Assembly (NCBI GenBank): GCA_965198945.1 | Contig: CBDAQI010000013.1 | Span: 128,001 to 192,000 of the forward strand | Direction: 5' to 3' | DNA: 64,000 bases | Source: Thermodesulfobacteriota bacterium | Lineage (GTDB): Bacteria; Desulfobacterota_D; UBA1144; Nemesobacterales; Mycalebacteriaceae | In this document: positions 19,406 to 29,149 of the stretch, piece after piece | Position numbering within the stretch: the stretch's first letter is position 1 | Layout of the letters: every line of letters starts with the position of its first letter | Notes under the pieces: model-generated | Told to the model about the DNA's origin: nothing | Seen by the model: the letters and a program-made list of their open reading frames with translations, nothing else | Databases searched by the model: none | Program-made: the position numbers and the translations under genes

Positions 19406-20190
19406 CCCCCACTTATTGCGGACAGTGATTCGCCCGGATTTGAAGACTTCATTAAAACTTCTCCTATAAGAAATGCATGGACGCCTGATTGCGATAAAAA
19501 ATGCATGTTTTCAGAGGAGTTTATGCCGCTTTCCGCAACTATCACTTTATCTTTGCCGATTTTCGGCGCCAGTCTTTGAGAAACGGATAAATCCACCTTG
19601 AAGTTTTCCAGATTTCTGTTGTTGATACCAATAATACGGCTCCCGGCTTCCAGGGCCATTTCAACTTCCGCTTCCTTGTGAACTTCAACCAGAGGCTCCA
19701 TTCCCAGAGAGCGTGAAAGCCCGAGCAGCTCCGACAGTTGGTTCACACCTTCCATGATTGCCGCTATCAACAGAACAGTGTCCGCTCCCGCGGCCCTTGA
19801 TTCGTATACCTGCCACTGATCAATCAAAAAATCTTTTCTGAGCACGGGAAGTGAAATTTTCTTTTTTACCCCGGAAAGATAAGACAGGTTTCCCTGAAAA
19901 AATCTCTCATCAGTGAGCACGGAAACCGCCGCCGCTCCATTTTGCTGATATTGTGCGGCAATCAGGAGCGGGTCAAAATTTTCTGTCAATACGCCTTTTG
20001 AAGGAGATGCTTTCTTTATCTCCGCTATAACTCTGGGCTGCTTTCCGGTAATGAGTGCGGAAACAAAGTCCGCCGGCTGAGGAGATTGCATTGCAAGGTT
20101 TTTTATTTCATTGGAGCTGAAACGTTTTTTCAAACCGGCAATCTCAAGTTTTTTGTGATTGATAATTTTTGAAAGTATTGATTTTCCCAA
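19393..20190 (-). CDS. trpC: Indole-3-glycerol phosphate synthase
   Basis: IAEIKKASPSKG, SVLTDERFFQG, LRKDF, IGINNRNL, VAESGI; TTG start inferred. Confidence 0.95.
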   Translation of the reverse strand: MGKSILSKIINHKKLEIAGLKKRFSSNEIKNLAMQSPQPADFVSALITGKQPRVIAEIKKASPSKGVLTENFDPLLIAAQYQQNGAAAVSVLTDERFFQGNLSYLSGVKKKISLPVLRKDFLIDQWQVYESRAAGADTVLLIAAIMEGVNQLSELLGLSRSLGMEPLVEVHKEAEVEMALEAGSRIIGINNRNLENFKVDLSVSQRLAPKIGKDKVIVAESGINSSENMHFLSQSGVHAFLIGEVLMKSSNPGESLSAISGGWNR

Positions 20191-20194
20191 AAGA

Positions 20195-21229
20195 CTACGC
20201 CTGCCCGGAGTTTGTTGAAACCTCAACGAGTTTTTCAAGTTTGGAAACTGCGGCGCCGCTCTCAAGAGATTTTTTCGCCGCCTCAAGCGCCGCACCTATG
20301 CTGTTTTCCCGTCCAGAAACATATATGGCGGCCGCAGCGTTCAACAGAGCGGCATCGGTTTTTCCCCTGTCCGAAACGTTTTCAAGAACCGCCCTCATGA
20401 TCGCGGCATTTTCAAATGAGTCTTTCCCGCCTCTCAGTTCTTCCGGATGAGTTATTGCAATTCCAAATTGCGCAGGATCAATCAGATATTTTTCAACCAT
20501 CCCGTCTTTCAGTTCCATAACCCCGGTTTTTCCCGTCACAGTGATTTCGTCCATCCCGTCTTTACCGTTTACAACCATACACCTTAACAGACCGAGACCC
20601 TTTGCCGCATAAACCACTTTCTCCATTATCTCCGTGAAGGGAACACCGATGACCTGATTTTTTACAAGGGCGGGGTTGACCAGAGGGCCTAAAATATTGA
20701 ACACCGTTCTGATTCCCATTTCTTTTCGGGTTTGTGCGACATTTTTCATTGAGGGGTGGAACAGGGGCGCAAAAAGAAAGGTTATTCCGGTTTCTTCAAG
20801 ACAACGTTCGGCGGTCTTCAAATCCATATCAATTTTTACTCCGGCGGCTTCCAGGACATCAGCGCTTCCCACCGGGCTTGAAACCGAACGGTTGCCGTGT
20901 TTTGCGACCGCCACCCCGGCTCCGGCCGCTATGAAAGAAGCCGTAGTGGATATGTTGAAAGTGCCTTTTGAGTCGCCTCCCGTTCCGCAAAGATCAACCG
21001 TGTTTTCAGACTTTTTCCGTATTGTCGCCGCTCGGGAGATCATTGCTTCGGCGGCGCCGGCAATCTCTTCGGGCGTTTCCTTTTTCATTCTCAGCGCGAC
21101 GAGCAACGCCGCGCTTTGTGCGGGAGCCAGTTCCCCATCCATTATGGAGCGGAATACCGAAGAAACTGTTTTTCTGTCAAGGCTGCCGCCGCCTATAAGA
21201 GTTTCCATTACATCTGATATTTCAGGCAT
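20195..21229 (-). CDS. trpD: Anthranilate phosphoribosyltransferase
   Basis: DLCGTGGD, FNIST, KHGNRSVSS, RTVFNILGPL, DGMDE. Confidence 0.96.
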   Translation of the reverse strand: MPEISDVMETLIGGGSLDRKTVSSVFRSIMDGELAPAQSAALLVALRMKKETPEEIAGAAEAMISRAATIRKKSENTVDLCGTGGDSKGTFNISTTASFIAAGAGVAVAKHGNRSVSSPVGSADVLEAAGVKIDMDLKTAERCLEETGITFLFAPLFHPSMKNVAQTRKEMGIRTVFNILGPLVNPALVKNQVIGVPFTEIMEKVVYAAKGLGLLRCMVVNGKDGMDEITVTGKTGVMELKDGMVEKYLIDPAQFGIAITHPEELRGGKDSFENAAIMRAVLENVSDRGKTDAALLNAAAAIYVSGRENSIGAALEAAKKSLESGAAVSKLEKLVEVSTNSGQA

Positions 21230-21668
21230 TAAAGGTTTCTCTTTCAGTCCGGATTTTGTCCAGAACACCGTTTATAAAAGACATTGACTTTCCGGTTCCG
21301 TATTTGCCGGCAATCTCCACCGCCTCATTTATGCTGACCGCCCTGTCTATTTCTCTAATATAAAGCAATTCATAGACTGCGACGCGCATTATATTGATAT
21401 CCACAAGCGACATTCGTGAAATTTTCCAGTTTTCAGAGCAATGTTCTATCCGGGAGTCTATTTCCCTGATATTTTTACAGACTCCCAGAGCGAGTTCCAC
21501 CGCAAATTCTTTGTCAGGCTGTTTTTCTTCGGCGGATATTTCTTTGAATCTTACAAAGTCTTCTTCTCTGATTTGAGCATCTGAACTTTTGCTCAGAAGG
21601 CCGTTTGCGTCATGTTCATAAAGAAACTGAAAGGCAAACTCTCTGGAAAGCCGTCGTCTTGTTTTCAT
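21222..21668 (-). CDS. nusB: Transcription antitermination factor NusB
   Basis: RRRLSREFAFQFLY, INEAVEIAGKYG, FINGVLD; follows ribH. Confidence 0.94.
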   Translation of the reverse strand: MKTRRRLSREFAFQFLYEHDANGLLSKSSDAQIREEDFVRFKEISAEEKQPDKEFAVELALGVCKNIREIDSRIEHCSENWKISRMSLVDINIMRVAVYELLYIREIDRAVSINEAVEIAGKYGTGKSMSFINGVLDKIRTERETFNA

Positions 21669-21690
21669 CTTTTTCCCGCAGGGGTGGAAA

Positions 21691-22170
21691 TTACAGGGAC
21701 TTGGCCAGATTCGCCATCTCAATTGCGGAGAGAGCCGCTTCCACTCCCCTGTTCCCCGCTTTGCCTCCGGCTCTTTCAATTGCCTGCTCAAAGGTTTCGG
21801 TTGTGAGGACACCGTCGGCAACGGGAACTCCCGATTCAAGTCCGGCCGAAGAGAGCCCGGTTAAAACACTTGCGGACAGAAAACCGTAGTTTGATGTCTG
21901 GCCTTTTATTATGGCACCGAGAGCTATCACCGCAGAGTATTTTCCGGATTCCGCGGCTTTTTTTACCATGAAGGGAATTTCAAAAGAACCGGGAACTTTT
22001 ATAACGATTACCTCTGCATCCGTGGCTCCGTGTCTTTTGAGTGTGTCAACCGCACTGTCAACCAGAGAGTTGGTTACAATGGAATTGACTCTGCTTGCAA
22101 CTATGGCGAATTTCATTTTCTTCGCGTCCATTTTTCCTTCCTTTTGTTCAGTCATTGCGGTGTCCGCCAA
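21691..22170 (-). CDS. ribH: 6,7-dimethyl-8-ribityllumazine synthase
   Basis: VPGSFEIP, IALGAIIKGQT, GVLTT, EQAIERAGGKAGNRG. Confidence 0.93.
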   Translation of the reverse strand: MADTAMTEQKEGKMDAKKMKFAIVASRVNSIVTNSLVDSAVDTLKRHGATDAEVIVIKVPGSFEIPFMVKKAAESGKYSAVIALGAIIKGQTSNYGFLSASVLTGLSSAGLESGVPVADGVLTTETFEQAIERAGGKAGNRGVEAALSAIEMANLAKSL

Positions 22171-22178
22171 ATAGATTT

Positions 22179-23396
22179 TCAGTCAACCATTGAAAGTATG
22201 TGACCGAGTTTCTCTTTTTTTGTCTGCAGGTAACTCTTGTTGTTTTCATTCGGAGATATTTCTATCGGCACTCTTTCTCCTATTTCCAGCCCGAACCCGC
22301 TGAGACCGCTGACTTTTCTCGGATTGTTTGTCATAAGATTCATTTTTTTCACACCCATGTCGCGCAATATCTGGGCTCCGATGCCATAGTCTCTCAAATC
22401 TTTTTCAAATCCGAGCGCGTGATTTGCTTCCACGGTGTCCATTCCCTTGCTTTGAAGTTCATATGCTTTGATTTTATTAAGCAGTCCTATGCCTCGTCCC
22501 TCCTGTCTCAGATAGAGAATAACGCCCTCACCTTTTTCCGCCACCATTTTCATCGCTTGTCTTAACTGGGGGCCGCAATCGCAGCGCAGCGAGTGGAAAA
22601 CATCGCTCGTAAGGCACTCGGAGTGCACACGAACAAGTGTTTCCTTTGATCTTTCTATATCCCCCATTTTTATTGCAAAGTGCTGAAAACCGTCCAGTTC
22701 ATTGACATAAACAAAAGCGTCAAAGTTCCCGAATTCTGTTGGTATCATCGCGGAGGCTTCCTTTTTAACAAAACACTCTTTCTGCAGCCTGTAGCTTATA
22801 AGGTCCGCTATTGTGGCCATTCCTATTTCGTGTTTGCGTGAAAACTCAACAAGTTCTTCCATCCTTGCCATATGCCCGTCACTTCTCATTATCTCGCAGA
22901 TAACGGCAGAAGTTTTAAGACCGGCGAGCCGTGTTAGGTCAACCGAGGCTTCTGTATGACCGGCTCTGACCAACACGCCGCCTTCTCTGGCAATAAGCGG
23001 AAACATATGTCCCGGTCTTATGAAATCGGACGGCTTGGCATCTTCGGCAACCACACGTTGGATGGTTTTTGCTCTGTCATATGCGGAAATTCCGGTTGTA
23101 ATATCTTCCCCTTTGGCGTCTATTGTAACCGCGAAAGCGGTGTGCTGTGAGCCGCTGTTTGCATTTTCAGGCTCCATGAGTTTCAATCCAATTTGCCGGG
23201 CTTTTTCATCCGTCAAAGCAAGGCAGATAAGTCCTTTGCCGTGTGTTGCCATAAAGTTGATGGATTCGGGAGAGGCAAATTCTCCGGCAATTACAAGGTC
23301 TCCCTCATTTTCCCGGTCCTTATCATCCACCAGAATCAGAAACTTTCCGGCTTTTATATCTTCAATGGCTTCCGGTATGGATCTTAAAAATGACAT
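22179..23396 (-). CDS. ribBA: Bifunctional DHBP synthase / GTP cyclohydrolase II
   Basis: DDKDRENEGD, RPGHMFPL, RAGHTEA, RVHSECLTSD, CDCG, QEGRGIG. Confidence 0.96.
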   Translation of the reverse strand: MSFLRSIPEAIEDIKAGKFLILVDDKDRENEGDLVIAGEFASPESINFMATHGKGLICLALTDEKARQIGLKLMEPENANSGSQHTAFAVTIDAKGEDITTGISAYDRAKTIQRVVAEDAKPSDFIRPGHMFPLIAREGGVLVRAGHTEASVDLTRLAGLKTSAVICEIMRSDGHMARMEELVEFSRKHEIGMATIADLISYRLQKECFVKKEASAMIPTEFGNFDAFVYVNELDGFQHFAIKMGDIERSKETLVRVHSECLTSDVFHSLRCDCGPQLRQAMKMVAEKGEGVILYLRQEGRGIGLLNKIKAYELQSKGMDTVEANHALGFEKDLRDYGIGAQILRDMGVKKMNLMTNNPRKVSGLSGFGLEIGERVPIEISPNENNKSYLQTKKEKLGHILSMVD

Positions 23397-23541
23397 TTTT
23401 CTCCCGCTCCCAGGCGTGTGCTTATATTGTCTTATAGGGAGCATTTGTCAATAATTGGACCTCTGCGGAGACCCGTTTGACTTTGTGTTTATCGTGTGTA
23501 GTTTTCCGTTAACTCAAAGGGTTTGAGGAAGCGGAGGAAAG

Positions 23542-23700
23542 ATGTCTTTGTTTTTCAGTTTGCTGAGAATTCTTGCCGAGGAAAACCTTGAAGAAATTGA
23601 TGAAGAAGAAATCCTTGAAATGCTTGAGAACGAGGATTGGGAAGAGATAGAAGAATTTATTGAGCGGGAAGCGGAACTGTCCTCAAGAGTTCTGCACTGA
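23542..23700 (+). CDS. 52-aa highly acidic small protein (not in the ORF track)
   Basis: GGAGG RBS; MSLFFSLLRILAEENLEEIDEEEILEMLENEDWEEIEEFIEREAELSSRVLH; TTGACT-N16-TAGTTT upstream at 23477-23504. Confidence 0.6.
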   Translation: MSLFFSLLRILAEENLEEIDEEEILEMLENEDWEEIEEFIEREAELSSRVLH

Positions 23701-23793
23701 CTTCTCCGCTCTTTTGCAGTTTTGCCTGCAAAACCAAGGCGGGCGTATCTTTCTTTCAAAATTTTCAACTTCAAATTAATTAGGGGCGGTGAA

Positions 23794-23877
23794 TGCCCGG
23801 GGCCGGATTTGAACCGGCACGGGTTTTATCCCGAGGGATTTTAAGTCCCTTGCGTCTACCAATTTCGCCACCCGGGC
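23794..23877 (-). tRNA. tRNA-Leu(TAA)
   Basis: GCCCGGG/CCCGGGC stem, CTTAAAA anticodon loop, long variable arm. Confidence 0.96.
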
Positions 23878-23898
23878 GAGGTTGTCTGATTCATTAAA

Positions 23899-23970
23899 AG
23901 GCGGCGCCCGGAATCGAACCGGGGTATAACGGTTTTGCAGACCGTTGCCTTACCTCTTGGCTACGCCGCC
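23899..23970 (-). tRNA. tRNA-Cys(GCA)
   Basis: GGCGGCG/CGCCGCC stem, CTGCAAA anticodon loop, GGTTCGATTCC. Confidence 0.96.
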
Positions 23971-24081
23971 ATATCTCAAAACCACATTAGTATCTCTCAA
24001 ACAGACCGTATTGCAAAAAACACTTAAAAATGCAGAGTTGTTTCCATCACAGCTTTGCCGCCTATTTTAACAATTTCTCCG

Positions 24082-24726
24082 TCAACTTTTGTGTGCACCA
24101 CCCCCCCTCTTTGAGAAAGCTGCAGACCCTTCATTTATGCCCACCCGCGGAGTAAAAAATCTTGAGACAAAGTCGTATCCGGCCGTTTGTGAGGAGCTTG
24201 TTACAATAATGCCTCTGCAATCCAGATTTTTGAGTTTTTCAAAATCGGGATTCAATTCGGCGACGGCTTTTTCGTTTCTCAGCTCAACCATGTAGTCAAA
24301 ACGGTTTCTGCCCGTATGGACGATCTCGGTCTCAAGTATTTCTTCAATATCCGGAACCGGGCTGCAGGGTTCTTCCGCAATCGCGGGAAAATCCATGAAG
24401 ATAATCTCAGATTCTTTTTCTTTGGCGGCGATGAGTTCATAGTCGGCCGAAACAAACCGGATCGTCGGTTCGGAGCGGCCGCCGAGCCATATTGAAAATG
24501 CCGCCGCAAGAGTTGCGTGGCCGCACAGAGCAACTTCCGTTTCCGGAGTCCACCATCTGATAAAAAACATCTTCATTTTTTTGAACAAAGGATGTTTCTG
24601 AAAAACCGGCTTTGGCGGCGATTTTTTCATTTCCGAATCGGGCGGAAACGAGTCAACAAAACATATACCCGCCGGGTTTCCGGAAAATCCGTCTTCCGCG
24701 AAAGCGTTTACAACAAGAATTTCCAT
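24082..24726 (-). pseudogene. PhzF-family isomerase, degenerate
   Basis: NAF..GNPA, EVALCGHATLA and DFVSRFF.P present; the SETSF motif lies in another frame between two homopolymer shifts; EDPVTGSAH is reduced to EGSA and the C-terminus is short. Confidence 0.75.
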
Positions 24727-24748
24727 TTTTTGTCGCTCTGAGATTATT

Positions 24749-25951
24749 TCAGTTGCGGGAAGAATCCGCTTTGCTGTCCTGAAGCGTTTTAACCGCCCGT
24801 GTTATTCCCCCGATTGTAAGGGGAAACATTCTTTCACCCGTAAATTGTCTGATCATTCCTATTGTCTGAGTGTCACGCCATTCATTTTCCGGAACGGGAT
24901 TGAGCCACACTGTCATCGGATATTTGTTTTTTATACGTTCAAGCCAGGTAAAGCCGGGTTCATCGTTGTTGTGTTCCACGCTTCCGTTCACATACAAAAG
25001 CTCGTAGGGAGACATTGAGGCGTCTCCGACGATAATCACTTTATAGTCGCTGTTGTATTTGTTCAGAACATCAAAAGTGGGCACGGCTTCCTGCCAGCGG
25101 CGCTCGTTGTTTTTCCAGACCGCTTCATAAACGCAGTTGTGAAAGTAGTAGTATTCAAGGTGCTTAAACTCATACCGCGCCGCTGAAAACAGTTTTGAGC
25201 ACAGTTCAATGTGGTCATCCATTGAACCGCCTATGTCAAAAAAAATTAAAACCTTCACATTATTCTTTCTGTGCGGTACCATTTCAATATCAAGAAATCC
25301 GGCGTTGCGAGATGTTTTTTCTATTGTTCTGTCCAGATCAAGTTCTTCACTGCCTCCCTCGCGCGTCAGAACGCGGAGTTTGCGAAGCGCCATTTTCATA
25401 TTGCGTGTTTGCAGTTCCACGGAATCGTCAAGATCTTTGAATTCTCTTTTGTCCCAGACTTTAACCGCCCTTCTGTGTCTGCTCTCATGCTGTCCGATGC
25501 GTATTCCTTCGGGGTTGTATCCGTAAGCGCCGAAAGGCGAAGTTCCGCCGGTGCCAATCCATTCCCCCCCGCCCTGATGGCGTTTTTTCTGTTCTTTCAT
25601 AAGCTGCTTGAGGCGTTCAATAAGTTTGTCCAGCCCACCCATGGCTTTGATTTGCGCTTTTTCCTCTTCGGTTAAAGAGTTTTCCATGGTTTTTCGCAGC
25701 CATTCATCCGGGATGCTCATAAACTCCTTGTCATCAATGTATTCAATCCCTTTGAAGTAGTGTCCGAAAAGGCGGTCAAACCTGTCAAGGTTATGTTCGT
25801 GTTTTATAAAAGCGCTGCGGGAGAGATAGTAAAAATCGTCAACACCGCGCTCAACTATTCCGCTGTCCAGAGCGTCAAGAAGAGTAAGGTATTCCTTGAT
25901 TGAAACGGGAAGCCCGGAATTGCGTAGATAGAGGAAGAAGTCCAGAAACAT
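24749..25951 (-). CDS. vWA-domain protein (CoxE-like partner of MoxR)
   Basis: WIGTGGTSPFG, MIDAS-like DIGGSMDDH, YFHNC, VGDASMSPYE. Confidence 0.88.
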   Translation of the reverse strand: MFLDFFLYLRNSGLPVSIKEYLTLLDALDSGIVERGVDDFYYLSRSAFIKHEHNLDRFDRLFGHYFKGIEYIDDKEFMSIPDEWLRKTMENSLTEEEKAQIKAMGGLDKLIERLKQLMKEQKKRHQGGGEWIGTGGTSPFGAYGYNPEGIRIGQHESRHRRAVKVWDKREFKDLDDSVELQTRNMKMALRKLRVLTREGGSEELDLDRTIEKTSRNAGFLDIEMVPHRKNNVKVLIFFDIGGSMDDHIELCSKLFSAARYEFKHLEYYYFHNCVYEAVWKNNERRWQEAVPTFDVLNKYNSDYKVIIVGDASMSPYELLYVNGSVEHNNDEPGFTWLERIKNKYPMTVWLNPVPENEWRDTQTIGMIRQFTGERMFPLTIGGITRAVKTLQDSKADSSRN

Positions 25952-26032
25952 TTGGGAAAAGTATAACCGAAGACCGCAAGTTGGTATTACGTTAAGGCAT
26001 TGTGAATTGACAGTACGGAGTTAAGATAAAAA

Positions 26033-26886
26033 TTAAGAGAACTGTTGGTATTCAAAATCAATTGATAAGTTTTTCTTAACAAAATCAATGAACTTTTTTT
26101 CTTCTTTTGTTGGAATGTCAGGTCCTACTATTATTAGTTTTATTGTTTTTTCAGAGTTCAAATCTTTGTTCCACGCATAACTTAGAAGTTGCCCAATTCC
26201 TTGTTTATACAACTGATTGGTCTGTCTATCTTGACTTCATAGAGAGTAACCCTTGTCTCTTCTTCAACTTTCACATCAATAAAGTCTTCTTCCATACTTA
26301 CCTTGTCTCTATGAATAGTCCTCAACTTATCGTAGAGTTTTTCTTGTAATTTGTTATGTTTCTGGTGAGCAATAACTTTCCTGCCAGAACTTTTTCTTAT
26401 CTGGTCTTCAGTTGATTTATGTTCCGAGGGGCTTCTTTTTGAACTTGGCTTTGCAGTTCCACTTCCTGTTTTATCTTCTGATTTTTCCGGTTTTTTATCT
26501 TCCACATACCAGACAACCCCCTTTTCTCCATCGTGTTTCTTCCTAAGAACCTTTTTGGTAAGAATAGAAGTAAAAAATTTTATTCTGGTTTTTCCATTAG
26601 TATTGTATTCTTTTTCGTCACGTTCTTGTGGAAATATTTTTAATGCGTAGCTTTCATTCTCAATTAATTTAATATTCTCACGAGATTCTTTCCATCTTGA
26701 TTTTGTCTTCCCTGTGTTCCAACTTTCAGCGAAAATTGTGTTGCCTTCATATTTCCATAAAGCAAAAATGACAAACCTTTTTTCATGACTAACGAAAGAC
26801 CATGCATACTGATCTTTAACTATTATCTCATTGTCTTCAATAAATTTCTTCCTACTACCGTATTTTCCTCTCGTGTCTTGAGCCAT
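26033..26886 (-). pseudogene. Putative PD-(D/E)XK restriction-type endonuclease, frameshifted near 26205
   Basis: FIDV..LYEVK motif; restoring one A gives CIKQGIGQLLSYA...EYQQFS-stop at 26033; visibly more AT-rich than its flanks. Confidence 0.7.
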
Positions 26887-26890
26887 CTCC

Positions 26891-27741
26891 TCACCTTCTC
26901 ATCCGATACCTCAACACATTCAGCATCTCATAGTCCTGTTCGTTCTTAATGAGCGCTCCCGCATATGGCGGGTCTTCTTCGGATATGTCAAACTTTTCAA
27001 GCTCGCCTGAAGCGATTTTCCCGACGGTCAGAAGTTTTATCCAGTCTATCAATTCACTTGTTGACGGCTTTTTCTTGAACCCCTCTATCTCACGCAACGA
27101 ATAGAAAATCGCAAGCGCGTTGTCCAGCAGTTTTTTTTCAAGACCCGGATGATGGACTTCAACAATCGCTTTGAGCGTTTCCGTTTCAGGAAAAGTTATG
27201 TAGTGGAAAAAACAGCGGCGCAGAAATGCGTCGGGAAGTTCTTTTTCATTGTTTGAAGTTATGATGACAACCGGACGCTTTTTTGCCTTGACGGTTTTTT
27301 TCAACTCGTAGCAGTAAAACTCCATCTTGTCCAATTCAAGCAAAAGGTCATTCGGAAATTCAATGTCCGCTTTGTCTATTTCATCTATCAAAAGAACAGA
27401 CTGCTCTTCGGACTCAAAAGCGTTCCAGAGTTTGCCCCTGTTTATGTAGTTTGAAATGTCTTTTATTTTTTCATCCCCAAGCTGGGAATCCCGCAAACGG
27501 GCGACCGCATCGTATTCATAAAGCCCCTGCTGCGCGGTTGTGGTGGACTTTACGTGCCATGTGATTAAAGATTTTCCGAGAGCCTCCGCAACTTCAAAGC
27601 AAGCATCGTTTTGCCGGTTCCCGGCTCGCCCTTGATAAGAAGCGGACGCTCAAGTGTTATGGAAGCATTGACGGCAAGGATAAGATCTCTTGTCGCCACA
27701 TATTTTTCCGTTCCCTGAAACTGTTTTGTTTTCTGTGCCAT
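26891..27741 (-). pseudogene. MoxR-family AAA+ ATPase, frameshifted near 27596
   Basis: Walker A GEPGTGKT in one frame; adding one T gives AFEVAEALG..WHVKSTT..GLYEYDAV.RLRDSQLG leading into LLIDEIDKAD and ELPDAFLRRC. Confidence 0.85.
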
Positions 27742-27782
27742 AACTGATAAAACTACTTGCACACAGAAATGTTATCAACTTT

Positions 27783-28280
27783 CTAAGACCACGGTTCTTT
27801 GTAGTAATAAACAAAGTTTGCAACTTTCGGGCGTTCAGCCCAGCCCATTTTTTTGTAAAAACCCCTTTTGTAAGAAGGCTTTTCCTTTCCGTTTGTAACC
27901 ATCAGGCGGAAACAGTCTCTGCGTTTTCCTTCCTCCATCACCGCGCTTAAAAGCAAACTTCCCGCGCCCATTCCCGATGCGGAAGGACTTACAAACATAT
28001 CGGAAACATAGCCTTCCGTTCCGCCGAGCATTATAAAAGGAACCCAGTGAACATTGACAAAGCCTTTGACTCCTCCGCCGTTTCCGTCTTCAGCAACCAA
28101 AACCGTATGTCCGTCGGGATCGTTAATTGAGGACTTGATTAATCCCTCTATCGGTGAGGAAATTTCTTCAATCGGAAGAGCGTTTCTTTTTTCAGACCAC
28201 CCTATTTCCCTGAGAATCTCCGCCATCGCGCCAGCGTCACTTTTTTCCGCGGCACGGACGGCAAGCGGTTTTTCCGTCAT
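27783..28280 (-). CDS. GNAT-family N-acetyltransferase
   Basis: MFVSPSASGMGAGSLL acetyl-CoA motif, GFYKKMGW. Confidence 0.85.
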   Translation of the reverse strand: MTEKPLAVRAAEKSDAGAMAEILREIGWSEKRNALPIEEISSPIEGLIKSSINDPDGHTVLVAEDGNGGGVKGFVNVHWVPFIMLGGTEGYVSDMFVSPSASGMGAGSLLLSAVMEEGKRRDCFRLMVTNGKEKPSYKRGFYKKMGWAERPKVANFVYYYKEPWS

Positions 28281-29050
28281 GATTTTCTCCCTTTCTTCAA
28301 GATTTCAAGAAGCCCCTCCAGTTTTCCAACCGTTTCGGGAGATGAAAGTTTTGATGCGAGTGTTTTTGAATCTTCATTGATGAAAGCATCTTTTATTGAG
28401 TCTGATATTTTATCCTTTCGCATTTTTTTCTCGTCCGTAAAATCTTTCAGACTGATTTTTCCCGCTTCTTCCAAAGCCACGCAGACCGCGCCTGAAGATT
28501 CTGCAATCCTGTTTACAATTCCGTTTTCCAGGGCACTTTCAACACTATGAAGTTTTCCCTCATCAATTATTTTATTTCCCTTTTCCCGTCCCAGAACTCC
28601 TGTTACAAGAACGGAGAAAGAAGACGGCATCGGAAATCCGATTGAGTTTTCATTCAATCCCAGAAGAGTTTTCCCCTTTTCGGCAATTCTAAAATCACAA
28701 CAAAGAGCAAGTATGCATCCTCCGGCAATTGCGTGCCCGCCTATTGCCGCCATAACCGGAGCGGGATAATCAAAAACAGTCAGCATGGAGTTCAAAAAAT
28801 CATTAAACCAGCGGTCAATCTCAGATTTGTCCCCTCTTCTGAAAAGTGAAACACACTGTTCAAGATCAAGTCCGGGAGAAAACATCTTTGCGCCTGATGA
28901 AAGAACAACGGGTTTTCCCGGATGATTTTGCCCTAAAGATGAAAATGCGGAATTGAGGTCAGTGAAAAAACTTTTGTTCATTGTTCCGACCGAATTGGAA
29001 TTCATCGTCACTACGGCGGCGTTTTTTCTTTCTTCAATATTCCAGGGCAT
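28277..29050 (-). CDS. Enoyl-CoA hydratase/isomerase family protein
   Basis: [33 protein letters not shown]. Confidence 0.88.
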   Translation of the reverse strand: MPWNIEERKNAAVVTMNSNSVGTMNKSFFTDLNSAFSSLGQNHPGKPVVLSSGAKMFSPGLDLEQCVSLFRRGDKSEIDRWFNDFLNSMLTVFDYPAPVMAAIGGHAIAGGCILALCCDFRIAEKGKTLLGLNENSIGFPMPSSFSVLVTGVLGREKGNKIIDEGKLHSVESALENGIVNRIAESSGAVCVALEEAGKISLKDFTDEKKMRKDKISDSIKDAFINEDSKTLASKLSSPETVGKLEGLLEILKKGRKS

Positions 29051-29095
29051 CAGTGCGTGAAATTAACAGGAAGACTGAGACCCCGCAAGACGGCG

Positions 29096-29124
29096 ATGAC
29101 AAGAAGTTGCGGGATGGGTATAAT
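29096..29124 (+). promoter_or_regulatory. Putative sigma70 promoter of purL-purF
   Basis: ATGACA-N17-TATAAT, ending 25 nt before the purL ATG. Confidence 0.5.
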
Positions 29125-29149
29125 TGGCAAGATTTTCCTCTTCTCTCAA

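Noticed and set aside
23397..23500. FMN riboswitch upstream of ribBA
   Set aside because: The leader is short and lacks the AGGGCGGGGTG and TCCCGACCG-type FMN motifs.
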